Position numbers and translations under genes: made by a program
Shown here: piece by piece, positions 8,195 through 17,340 of the stretch
Layout: each line of letters begins with the position of its first letter
How positions within the stretch are numbered: the first letter of the stretch is position 1
Virus record (IMG/VR): IMGVR_UViG_3300025889_000079
DNA: 53,944 nt
Origin: an uncultured virus (IMG/VR IMGVR_UViG_3300025889_000079)
Lineage: Duplodnaviria; Heunggongvirae; Uroviricota; Caudoviricetes
Direction: 5' to 3' (one strand)
Notes under the pieces: generated by a model
What the model was told of the DNA's origin: nothing
Seen by the model: only the letters and a program-made list of their open reading frames with translations
Database searches by the model: none

Positions 8195-10029
8195 TAAAAA
8201 AGATACTTACACATTGGACAATTGCTTTTGTAACTTTATTTGTTTTAACATTTATAGGTTTACAAGACTCACAAGTTAAAGAGATATTAAGATTAAAGTC
8301 ATTTGACTTATTATTACAATCAGAAACAAAACAAGTATCAACTGATATAGGTGTTATTACCATAGACGAAAAGGCAATAGAGAAGTACGGACAATGGCCT
8401 TGGAAAAGAGATGTACTTGCTGACTTTATTTTAAAATTAAGAGAGGCTGAAGTAGGTATTATAGTTATGCCTATACTATTTGCCGAAGAAGATAGATTGG
8501 GTGGTGATGATATTTTAGCAGAAGCAGTACGAAGTAATGGAGTAGTCATAGGACAAACAGGTACAAATCAAACAAATAAGAACGCAGTACCAAGAGGTGT
8601 TGCAAAAATAGGTGATCCCTTACCTTTCTTATTTGAATGGACTGGTATGTTAGGACCTATACCCAAATTAGGTCAAAACGCAGATGGTGTAGGAGTAACG
8701 AATACAGCGCCTGAAATAGATGGTGTCATTAGAAGAATACCTCTTATTATGAAGATAGGTAAAGAAACCTATCCAGCGATGGCTATAGAAGTTATACGTG
8801 TGGCTACTAACGCACCTAGTTATCAAATTAAAGCAGGACCGAGTGGTATTATTGCTATGAGAGTTCCTGGATTTAGTAACATAGAAACAGATCCCAATGC
8901 TCGTATATGGTTACGATGGAATAAAGAATATGAAACTATCAGTATTGCTAATATACAAGATTTCAAAAGATTTAAAGGACGAACAGTTATTATCGCACCA
9001 ACAGCTGAAGGACTAAACAGTATTATTGCTACACCTACAGGTGAAAAATATAGTTATGAATTAACTGCCTCTACATTACAAACAGTTTTAGATGGCAAAC
9101 AAATTAATAGATACGATTATAGTTTATTTTTAGAATTACTTATTTCAGTTATTGTAGGTTTGTCTATTGTAATAATTACAAGATTTACTCCGTATTGGTT
9201 TGTAGGTTTAAAGTTAATTGGAATGTATGTTGTTGTCATTTATACTTCTTATTATCTATTTCACAAATATGCTATATTAGCAGACGCAAGTTGGATTATT
9301 ATTACATTAACAATAGTAGGATTTCATTCTGTCTTTAATAGATTTATCTTAGAGTTTCAACTTAAACAACAAATCAAAAAACAATTTGAACATTACTTAG
9401 AACCTAAGATGGTGAAGAAGTTACAACAAAATCCTGATCTATTAAAACTAGGTGGTGAAACAAAAGAATTAACATTTTTATTTTCTGATATAAGAGGATT
9501 TACTCCATTGTCAGAAAAGTATCAAAGTAATCCAGCAGATTTAACAAAAGTAATAAACAGATTCCTAACACCTATGACCGATATTATAATGAAGAATGGT
9601 GGAACAATAGACAAGTATATGGGTGATTGTATTATGGCTTTTTGGAATGCACCTATTGACACACCTAATCATAAAGAATTAGCAATCAAAAGTGCCTTAG
9701 AAATGATGGTTAAATTAAAAGAGTTAAATGATAATGACGGTTTTGGAGATAATAATAAAATAAATATAGGTATAGGTATCAATACAGGAAAATGTATTGT
9801 AGGTAATATGGGTAGTGAACAACGATTTGACTATTCAGTTATCGGAGATCCTGTTAATCTAGCAAGTAGATTGGAAGGAGTTTCTAAAAATTATGACGCT
9901 ACATTAGTGATCGGTGAGGACACTTATCGTGGCATATCTGATTTATTTAATTTCAAAAAACTAGATGATGTACAAGTAAAAGGTAAATCTAATAAAGTTG
10001 CCATTTACACAATAGAAAAGGAAAAATAA
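8191..10029 (+). CDS. CHASE2-domain class III adenylate cyclase
   Basis: IDEKAIEKYGQWPWKR and DGVIRR (CHASE2), 3 TMs, FSDIRGFT, DKYMGDCIM, DYSVIGDPVNLASRLE; ATG at 8191 overlaps upstream stop. Confidence 0.93.
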   Translation: MIKKILTHWTIAFVTLFVLTFIGLQDSQVKEILRLKSFDLLLQSETKQVSTDIGVITIDEKAIEKYGQWPWKRDVLADFILKLREAEVGIIVMPILFAEEDRLGGDDILAEAVRSNGVVIGQTGTNQTNKNAVPRGVAKIGDPLPFLFEWTGMLGPIPKLGQNADGVGVTNTAPEIDGVIRRIPLIMKIGKETYPAMAIEVIRVATNAPSYQIKAGPSGIIAMRVPGFSNIETDPNARIWLRWNKEYETISIANIQDFKRFKGRTVIIAPTAEGLNSIIATPTGEKYSYELTASTLQTVLDGKQINRYDYSLFLELLISVIVGLSIVIITRFTPYWFVGLKLIGMYVVVIYTSYYLFHKYAILADASWIIITLTIVGFHSVFNRFILEFQLKQQIKKQFEHYLEPKMVKKLQQNPDLLKLGGETKELTFLFSDIRGFTPLSEKYQSNPADLTKVINRFLTPMTDIIMKNGGTIDKYMGDCIMAFWNAPIDTPNHKELAIKSALEMMVKLKELNDNDGFGDNNKINIGIGINTGKCIVGNMGSEQRFDYSVIGDPVNLASRLEGVSKNYDATLVIGEDTYRGISDLFNFKKLDDVQVKGKSNKVAIYTIEKEK

Positions 10030-10030
10030 T

Positions 10031-10129
10031 ATGGACTTTGGTACAATCAATTTTTTGTTATTCAGTTCATTGATGATCTACATTAATATAATTATCTACC
10101 GATTTTGTAACGACTTAATTAAGCTTTAA
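10031..10129 (+). CDS. Small hydrophobic peptide, 32 aa (not in ORF track)
   Basis: MDFGTINFLLFSSLMIYINIIIYRFCNDLIKL; SD AAGGA upstream. Confidence 0.45.
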   Translation: MDFGTINFLLFSSLMIYINIIIYRFCNDLIKL

Positions 10130-10170
10130 TTTTAGCTTTATTTAATTCAACTACAAACTCGGAGATTTTT

Positions 10171-10380
10171 ATGAATCATTTACAGCAACGTAAATTAAAA
10201 AAATATATTATAAAACAAATACGAGATGAAAGAATATTGAAGATGTACCTACTTAATTTAAAGTGGGCATTGATTAAGAAACAAAAAGAGAGAAGAAGAA
10301 GAAGAACTTTAAGAAAACTTTGGAAGTTAAAAAGATTAGCTATGATGAAACAAGGAGTATTGCCTTTGTTAGTAGCATAA
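10171..10380 (+). CDS. Highly basic small protein
   Basis: SD GGAG; K/R-rich (KKQKERRRRR). Confidence 0.6.
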   Translation: MNHLQQRKLKKYIIKQIRDERILKMYLLNLKWALIKKQKERRRRRTLRKLWKLKRLAMMKQGVLPLLVA

Positions 10381-10397
10381 CAGAAAGATAAATATTA

Positions 10398-10631
10398 ATG
10401 TTAGAAAAATTAAAACATTTACCTATTATTGTTGCCTTGATTGGATTAACAATAATTACTGTTACTGGATTTATTAAATATAATGAATTAGTTGTTAAAC
10501 TGGAATCAATTAATTCTAAAACAATTGAGGAACAGATAAATAGAGTAGAAAAACAAATTATTATAAATCAAAAAGAAATTGAAATCCTAAAAGCACAAAT
10601 TAAGGAGTTAAAGATAAAAAGCACTTTATAA
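10398..10631 (+). CDS. Small TM + coiled-coil protein
   Basis: N-terminal TM, heptad repeats; GATAAATA 3 nt upstream. Confidence 0.65.
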   Translation: MLEKLKHLPIIVALIGLTIITVTGFIKYNELVVKLESINSKTIEEQINRVEKQIIINQKEIEILKAQIKELKIKSTL

Positions 10632-10638
10632 AAATAAT

Positions 10639-11100
10639 ATGGCTGACATTAAAGATGTATCACAATTATCAATTGACCTTGAAGTTTTAAAAAACGAGGT
10701 AAAACAAGTTGCGGCTGTCAATGTAAAATTAGATACTGCTATAGATAAACTTACAGATATCTCTGGTAGTATTAAATCTATGTTGGCCGTACACGAAGAA
10801 AAATTAACTAAACAAGAAGATATAGATAAGGCGATATTCAAATTGTTAGAAAATAGAAGAATAGAAACAGAACAAAATATTAAAGCGTTAGAACAACAAT
10901 TAGACGTTGTACATAAAGAATTAAAAGAAGATATAGAGTTAACTGAAAAACGTCTAATGTGTGAGATAAAAGGTATTAGCAATAGTTTAAACAATCGTGT
11001 AGGTGTGTTAGAAAAATATAGATGGATTATTATTGGGGTTTCAATTGCCGTAGGATTGTCATTTCCCCAAGTATTTAAAATTATAAGTTTAATTAAATAA
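10639..11100 (+). CDS. Coiled-coil protein with C-terminal TM anchor
   Basis: Heptad pattern then RWIIIGVSIAVGL; directly upstream of primase. Confidence 0.75.
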   Translation: MADIKDVSQLSIDLEVLKNEVKQVAAVNVKLDTAIDKLTDISGSIKSMLAVHEEKLTKQEDIDKAIFKLLENRRIETEQNIKALEQQLDVVHKELKEDIELTEKRLMCEIKGISNSLNNRVGVLEKYRWIIIGVSIAVGLSFPQVFKIISLIK

Positions 11101-11102
11101 GC

Positions 11103-11131
11103 TTGACAAAATAGACTTTATAGTATATAAT
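11103..11131 (+). promoter_or_regulatory. Sigma70-type early promoter
   Basis: TTGACA-N17-TATAAT. Confidence 0.85.
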
Positions 11132-11142
11132 GAATACTATTG

Positions 11143-12156
11143 ATGAGCACGTTTATAGATTTAGATTATATCAGTAAAATACAACCAAGATTACAAAAGT
11201 TTAAGAAGAAAAGAGAATACCTCTTTAATTTTAGATGTCCTGTATGTGGTGATTCGAAAAAGAGTAAGACAAAAGCCAGAGCATATCTTTATAAAGTAAA
11301 AAATGATATGTTTTTTAAATGTCATAATTGTAGCAGTTCTCACAATTTGGCAAACTTTATAAAGTTAGTTGATATAAGTTTATACAATCAGTATATACTT
11401 GATAGATATAAAGGCAACAAACCTCTACAAGAACCTGATTTATTCAAACAGTTTAAAAACGAAACTAAAGAGAAATTAAATTTTACGCCTCTACAAGGAC
11501 TCAAACCCTTTAGTAGAATAGATGATAACCATCCTGCAAAACAATATTTGTTAAACAGGAAGATTCCTGAAAAGTTTTTTGATAAATTATTTTTATGTAA
11601 TAAGTTTCAATCTTATGTGAATAAACTAAAACCAGGAACATTTGGTAAAGAAACTGATAAGTATGAGCATCCTAGATTAATTATTCCTTTCTATGATGTT
11701 GATGGTGATGTCTTTGCACTTCAAGGTCGTGCTTTTGGTGACGAACAACCAAAGTATATCACCTTAAAGTTGTATGAAAATAAACAAAAAATATTTGGAT
11801 TGGACCGAATAAATCTACAACGAACCATATACATAGTAGAGGGTCCAATTGATAGTTTATTTTTAGATAATTGTATTGCGGCCGCAGGTGCTGACATACA
11901 ATTACCTTTTGAAAGTAAAGATGTAGTTTATGTATTTGATAATGAACCAAGAAATAAACAGATTATAGATAGAATGTATAAATTGATTGAACAAGATAAT
12001 AAACTGGTCATATGGCCAGAACACACAAGAGAGAAAGATATAAACGAAATGATTATGAATGGACACACACAGACAAAAATTCAAAAAATAATTTCCGATA
12101 ATACCTATTCAGGTCTATCAGCACTCACAAAACTAAATTCTTATAAACGTTGTTAA
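11143..12156 (+). CDS. gp61: DNA primase (T4 gp61-like)
   Basis: Zn finger CPVCGDS...CHNC, QGR, TOPRIM VEGPIDSLF, DNEPRN, KDINEM. Confidence 0.95.
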   Translation: MSTFIDLDYISKIQPRLQKFKKKREYLFNFRCPVCGDSKKSKTKARAYLYKVKNDMFFKCHNCSSSHNLANFIKLVDISLYNQYILDRYKGNKPLQEPDLFKQFKNETKEKLNFTPLQGLKPFSRIDDNHPAKQYLLNRKIPEKFFDKLFLCNKFQSYVNKLKPGTFGKETDKYEHPRLIIPFYDVDGDVFALQGRAFGDEQPKYITLKLYENKQKIFGLDRINLQRTIYIVEGPIDSLFLDNCIAAAGADIQLPFESKDVVYVFDNEPRNKQIIDRMYKLIEQDNKLVIWPEHTREKDINEMIMNGHTQTKIQKIISDNTYSGLSALTKLNSYKRC

Positions 12157-12172
12157 GGGGGAACAAAATACA

Positions 12173-14488
12173 ATGGTCGTAGCAGGCGAAGTAATTAATG
12201 TCAAAAAAAGAAATGATAGAGGTTTAGAACCTTTAAACATTGAAAAGATCCACGATATGATGGAACACGCTACGGAAGATATTTCTGGTGTATCTGCTTC
12301 ACAAGTAGAGATGAATAGTGGATTACAATTTTACGATGGTATTACTACGGATGAAATTCAACAAATTTTAATCAAGTCTGCTTCAGACTTAATCTCTTTA
12401 GAATCACCTAATTACACCTATGTGGCTGCTCGTTTATTACTTTACTCTTTAAGAAAAGATATATTTAATAAATTATGGGATCATCCACACTTATACGATC
12501 ACGTTAAAAAAATTGTTGATTTAGGACTTTACGATAAACAAATCTTTGCTGATTACGATAGACGAGATTTTGATAGAATGGAATACTGGATCAAACACGA
12601 TAGAGATTATGATTTTACCTATGCAGGTTTAAGACAAGTGATAGACAAATATCTAGTACAAGATCGTAGCACAGGTAAAGTATATGAGTCGCCTCAATTT
12701 ATGTATATGATGATTGCGGCTACTCTATTTGCAAAATACCCAAAAAATAAAAGAATGAGTTATGTTAAAAAATATTATGACGCCATTTCAACATTTAAAA
12801 TCAATATTCCGACTCCCGTTATGGCTGGGGTTAGGACTCCTATGCGTCAGTATGCTAGTTGTGTATTAGTAGATGTAGATGATACGTTGCCTTCTATTTT
12901 CAGTAGTGATATGGCAATAGGTCGTTATGTTGCACAACGAGCAGGTATTGGTATTAATGCAGGAAGAATACGAGGTATCAATTCACGTATAAGAGGTGGA
13001 GAAGTACAACATACAGGTGTTATTCCTTTTCTTAAAAAGTTTGAAGCAACGGTTAAGTGTTGTACTCAAAATGGAGTAAGAGGTGGATCTGCTACTGTAC
13101 ACTTCCCTATATGGCACCAAGAAATAGAAGATATTATTGTTCTTAAAAACAATAAAGGTAGTGAAGATAATAGAGTAAGAAAATTAGATTACTCTATTCA
13201 AATATCAAAATTATTTTATGAAAGGTTTATAAATGAGCAAGAAATTACTTTGTTCTCACCACACGAAGTACCCGAATTATATAGTGCGTGGGGGACTCCC
13301 GAGTTTGATAAGTTGTATGAGTCTATGGAGAGAAAGACAAGCCTTAAAAAGAAAAAAATCAATGCCCAAGAGCTCTTCTTCGACATCTTAAAAGAACGAG
13401 CAGAAACAGGTCGTATTTACATAATGAATATTGACCATTGTAATACTCACTCTAGTTTTAAAGATAGAGTTACAATGTCTAATCTTTGCCAAGAAATTAC
13501 ACTCCCTACTGATCCAATACAACATATTGATGGTACAGGTGAAATTGCTTTATGTATTTTATCTGCCATCAATATTGGTAAGATTAATTATGTAGATGAA
13601 TTAGAACCATTGTGTGATTTAGCAGTAAGGGCGTTAGATGAAATAATAGATCATCAAAGATATCCTGTATTGGCCGCTGAAGTATCAACAAAGGCAAGAA
13701 GAAGTTTAGGCATAGGTTACATAGGACTTGCACACTATCTTGCTAAAAACAAAGTTAAGTATGATGATAAGAATGCTTTGAAGTTAGTAGATGAATTAAC
13801 GGAAGGGTTTCAATACTTCTTATTAAAAGCAAGTAATGAACTTGCAAAAGAAAAAGGTAGATGTGAATACTTTAACAAAACAAAGTATGCAGACGGCATA
13901 TTACCTATTGACACTTATAAAAAAGATGTTGATGAATTAGTTAAAAGAAAATATACTTATGATTGGGAGAAGTTAAGACTATCTATTAAAGATAACGGAT
14001 TAAGACACAGTACACTATCGGCACAAATGCCAAGTGAATCTTCAAGTGTAGTGTCTAATGAAACAAATGGTATAGAACCGCCAAGAGATTATCTTTCAGT
14101 AAAGAAATCTAAAAAAGGTCCTTTAAAACAAATTGTACCAGAATATTCTAAATTAAAAAACTTTTATACTCTACTTTGGGACCTGAAATCCAATGAAGGA
14201 TATATAAATATCGTTGCAGTAATGCAAAAATATTTTGACCAGGCAATTTCGGGTAATTGGTCATACAACCCAGCACATTATGATGACAACCAAGTGCCAG
14301 TTTCAGTAATGGCACAAGATTTATTATCTACGTATAAGTATGGTTGGAAAACTTCATACTATCAAAATACGTATGACGGTAAGAGTGATATAGATGAGCC
14401 AGCACATCCTGTTGGTTGGGTTGACAATGTACCTGAAGAAACCAAACCAGAAGTAGAGGACGAGGCTTGCGAGTCTTGTACAATTTAA
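12173..14488 (+). CDS. nrdA: Ribonucleotide reductase class Ia alpha subunit
   Basis: ATP cone, PTPVM, ASCVL, SNLCQEI, C-terminal CESC. Confidence 0.97.
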   Translation: MVVAGEVINVKKRNDRGLEPLNIEKIHDMMEHATEDISGVSASQVEMNSGLQFYDGITTDEIQQILIKSASDLISLESPNYTYVAARLLLYSLRKDIFNKLWDHPHLYDHVKKIVDLGLYDKQIFADYDRRDFDRMEYWIKHDRDYDFTYAGLRQVIDKYLVQDRSTGKVYESPQFMYMMIAATLFAKYPKNKRMSYVKKYYDAISTFKINIPTPVMAGVRTPMRQYASCVLVDVDDTLPSIFSSDMAIGRYVAQRAGIGINAGRIRGINSRIRGGEVQHTGVIPFLKKFEATVKCCTQNGVRGGSATVHFPIWHQEIEDIIVLKNNKGSEDNRVRKLDYSIQISKLFYERFINEQEITLFSPHEVPELYSAWGTPEFDKLYESMERKTSLKKKKINAQELFFDILKERAETGRIYIMNIDHCNTHSSFKDRVTMSNLCQEITLPTDPIQHIDGTGEIALCILSAINIGKINYVDELEPLCDLAVRALDEIIDHQRYPVLAAEVSTKARRSLGIGYIGLAHYLAKNKVKYDDKNALKLVDELTEGFQYFLLKASNELAKEKGRCEYFNKTKYADGILPIDTYKKDVDELVKRKYTYDWEKLRLSIKDNGLRHSTLSAQMPSESSSVVSNETNGIEPPRDYLSVKKSKKGPLKQIVPEYSKLKNFYTLLWDLKSNEGYINIVAVMQKYFDQAISGNWSYNPAHYDDNQVPVSVMAQDLLSTYKYGWKTSYYQNTYDGKSDIDEPAHPVGWVDNVPEETKPEVEDEACESCTI

Positions 14489-14887
14489 ATGGAAAATAGT
14501 ATCCTAATACATAAACATTTAATTATTAGGGCCGAAATTAATAATCCGCCAATGAGTGTAGAGTTATTAACAGAATGGTTTAAAGGTTTAATTGATTCCA
14601 TAGGAATGAAATTGATGATGGGACCTTATGTTGCTTATTGTGATATGCCAGGTAATAGAGGTATCACAGGTATTGCTGTGATAGAAACAAGTCATATTGC
14701 TATGCACGTTTGGGATGAACCTAATCCTGCATTAATGCAATTGGATGTGTACAGTTGTGCTGAATTTGATCCATATAAGATTGCAGAAAAGATTAAAAAT
14801 GATTTCTTTGCTGTCAAATGTGATTACAAATTTTTAAATAGAGAAACAGGTTTAAAACCTATACGATTAAATAAAGGAAAATTATAA
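14489..14887 (+). CDS. speD: S-adenosylmethionine decarboxylase proenzyme-like protein
   Basis: HLII...GITGIAVIETSHIAMHVWDE...LDVYSC pyruvoyl-enzyme motif. Confidence 0.8.
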   Translation: MENSILIHKHLIIRAEINNPPMSVELLTEWFKGLIDSIGMKLMMGPYVAYCDMPGNRGITGIAVIETSHIAMHVWDEPNPALMQLDVYSCAEFDPYKIAEKIKNDFFAVKCDYKFLNRETGLKPIRLNKGKL

Positions 14888-14892
14888 TAATA

Positions 14893-15996
14893 ATGACAAA
14901 GAGTGTGTTCAATAAAGACAAGGGATTAGACGCAACAAAACAGATGATGTTTTTTGGTCCTGACTTGGCTGTACAAAGATATGACAATATGAAGTATCCT
15001 ATCTTTGACAAACTTAATCAACAACAATTAGGTTTCTTTTGGAGACCTGAAGAAGTATCTTTACAAAAAGATAGAAATGATTACCAAGAATTAAGACCTG
15101 AACAAAAATTTATATTTACTTCTAATTTAAAATATCAAACAATGTTAGATTCAGTACAAGGAAGAGGACCTTGTCTGGCATTTTTGCCATTCTGTTCCTT
15201 GCCTGAACTAGAAGGTTGTATTGTAACGTGGGATTTTATTGAAACAATCCATAGTAGAAGTTATACATATATTATTAAAAACTTATATGCTAATCCTAGT
15301 GAAGTATTTGATACGATTATAGAAGATGAAAAGATAGAACGTAGAGCAAAGTCTGTTACGGCCACGTATGATGATTTAATCAATTATGGTTATCAATGGA
15401 TAATAGATTCTAAAAAAGTAGATATGTATGAATTGAAAAAGAAGTTGTATCTTGCTATGATAACTGTAAACATACTAGAAGGTTTAAGATTTTATGTATC
15501 GTTTGCTTGTTCGTTTGCGTTTGGTGAACTTAAATTATTAGAAGGTTCAGCAAAGATTATATCATTTATTGCTAGAGATGAATCACAACATTTAGCGATG
15601 AGTCAAAGAATTATTAATAATTGGAAAGACTTTGAAAATGATAAAGAGATGTTAAAGATAATGAAAGATTGTGAAAAAGAAGTTTATAAATTGTATGATG
15701 ACGCAGTACAAGAAGAAAAACGTTGGGCAACTTATTTGTTTAGTCAAGGTTCAATGATAGGTTTATCAGAAAAGTTATTACATCAATACGTTGAATATAT
15801 TGCAAATAGAAGAATGAGAGCTATACAGTTAGACCAAGTGTATGAACAAAAGACCAATCCATTACCTTGGACAGAACATTGGTTAAATTCAAAGTCGTTA
15901 CAGAACGCACCACAAGAAACAGAAATAGAATCTTATATCATTGGTGGTGTCAAACAAGATGTAAAGAAAGATCAGTTTAAAAAATTTAAACTATAA
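14893..15996 (+). CDS. nrdB: Ribonucleotide reductase class Ia beta subunit
   Basis: FFWRPEEV, ETIHSRSY, LEGLRFYVSF, RDESQH, PQETEIESY. Confidence 0.97.
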   Translation: MTKSVFNKDKGLDATKQMMFFGPDLAVQRYDNMKYPIFDKLNQQQLGFFWRPEEVSLQKDRNDYQELRPEQKFIFTSNLKYQTMLDSVQGRGPCLAFLPFCSLPELEGCIVTWDFIETIHSRSYTYIIKNLYANPSEVFDTIIEDEKIERRAKSVTATYDDLINYGYQWIIDSKKVDMYELKKKLYLAMITVNILEGLRFYVSFACSFAFGELKLLEGSAKIISFIARDESQHLAMSQRIINNWKDFENDKEMLKIMKDCEKEVYKLYDDAVQEEKRWATYLFSQGSMIGLSEKLLHQYVEYIANRRMRAIQLDQVYEQKTNPLPWTEHWLNSKSLQNAPQETEIESYIIGGVKQDVKKDQFKKFKL

Positions 15997-16001
15997 ACAA
16001 T

Positions 16002-16241
16002 ATGAAAATTTTTATAATAGCTATTCTGCTAACACAATTAGATTTATATGGTAATCCTTATAATGTAAAATATGAAGAAAGTCCTTTTGTAGAATATAGT
16101 ACACTTGAAGAATGTTTAATTGCTTCTAAAATTAGAGGAGATAAAATGTATAAAACATCTTTAAATTATCCTGAATTAAAAATAGTCAATATAAAAATTG
16201 ATTGTATTGAATCAGAACCATCTAAAAAGGATACAATCTAA
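16002..16241 (+). CDS. Hypothetical protein
   Basis: ORF with hydrophobic N-terminus and a Cys pair. Confidence 0.6.
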   Translation: MKIFIIAILLTQLDLYGNPYNVKYEESPFVEYSTLEECLIASKIRGDKMYKTSLNYPELKIVNIKIDCIESEPSKKDTI

Positions 16242-16246
16242 ACTAT

Positions 16247-16423
16247 ATGGAAAAAGCAAAAAAACATTGTCCTCAATGTGAAACTAAATATATCATAGAA
16301 TGGGATTTAGAAGAGCAAGATTTAGAACCTCTTACTTGTCCTTTCTGTGGATATGAAGTTGAAAGAGAGGATTATGAAGAAAACGAAATTATCGAATCAA
16401 ACGAGGACGATAGTTGGAGTTGA
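16247..16423 (+). CDS. Small acidic zinc-ribbon protein, 58 aa (not in ORF track)
   Basis: CPQC...CPFC with acidic tail. Confidence 0.75.
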   Translation: MEKAKKHCPQCETKYIIEWDLEEQDLEPLTCPFCGYEVEREDYEENEIIESNEDDSWS

Positions 16424-16961
16424 TTATAGTTTAAGCAGTCCTGCTGTGTGTATATGCACAGGAGATTTTGAATTTAAGAATTGTCAAATCTATTATTTGA
16501 CCAATGTAAAAAAATATGATGGAAAGTTTTTGAAAGGACAAATAAATGGTCAATTACATTTATCCTATACCTCCGAACAACAACGATACGATCAAATATC
16601 CAATTGGGCGATTAACCTTATTGGCTCTCTTAATATTAATATTTTTATAGAAGGTTATAGTTTTGGTAGTAAAGGACTTGTATTTAATTTGGCAGAAAAT
16701 AAAGGAACTTTAAAACATAAATTATATAAAAGAGATAAACATTTTGAAATGATTGTACCTGGAGTAGTTAAAAAGATTGCAACAGGTAAAGGTAATGCAG
16801 ATAAGATTAAAATGTATGAACAATTTAAAATAGATACAGGTTTAGATTTAATGAAAGAATTTGAACAAGTTAAATTAAATAATCCTGTTACAGATATTAT
16901 AGACGCTTATTATGTAGCAAAGGCTGGTTATGAAAATTTTGTACGCAAAACAACATCCTGA
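16374..16961 (+). CDS. RuvC-like Holliday junction resolvase / RNase H-fold nuclease
   Basis: IVGVDYSLSSPA, FIEGYSFG, VKKIATGKGNADK, DIIDAYY; start uncertain. Confidence 0.75.
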   Translation: MKKTKLSNQTRTIVGVDYSLSSPAVCICTGDFEFKNCQIYYLTNVKKYDGKFLKGQINGQLHLSYTSEQQRYDQISNWAINLIGSLNINIFIEGYSFGSKGLVFNLAENKGTLKHKLYKRDKHFEMIVPGVVKKIATGKGNADKIKMYEQFKIDTGLDLMKEFEQVKLNNPVTDIIDAYYVAKAGYENFVRKTTS

Positions 16962-17340
16962 ACAACTTAAAGAATATCAAACACAATTATTTAATGTAAA
17001 TGAATTGATTATTATTCCTGCAGATGATTGGTTAATCAAAAGAATGAAACAATTTGAATACGATACAAGTTTTAAAAATAATGGAATGATTTATCCTATT
17101 ACAGTTTCTACACACGAACACGATTGGGTAAAAGAACGATTGACAAGAAAATCATTACCCCATATAGATGAACAAGGTAATGTTAAACCAGGTCTGTATG
17201 TTCACACAGGAAACAAAAGAGTTTTATGGGCAAGAGAAAATGGTTATGAACAAATAGAAGGATATCTTGTTTCTTCCAAAGAAACAAAAGCAATCATAAG
17301 AAGTAAAACGCATATTGGCCACGAAAGTATACCAAAATGA
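16930..17340 (+). CDS. Hypothetical protein, possible ParB/Srx-like fold
   Basis: GMIYPI ... VHTGNKRV resembles ParB-N motif. Confidence 0.45.
   Translation: MKILYAKQHPEQLKEYQTQLFNVNELIIIPADDWLIKRMKQFEYDTSFKNNGMIYPITVSTHEHDWVKERLTRKSLPHIDEQGNVKPGLYVHTGNKRVLWARENGYEQIEGYLVSSKETKAIIRSKTHIGHESIPK

Noticed and set aside
10115..10129. TTAA-N7-TTAA, a CtrA-like site
   Set aside because: All-AT motif expected by chance in this genome; not tied to a clear promoter
14203..14210. TATAAATA inside nrdA
   Set aside because: Intragenic; could drive speD/nrdB late but cannot be told from chance
12173..15996. Introns, inteins or homing endonucleases in nrdA/nrdB
   Set aside because: Both ORFs are continuous and of normal length
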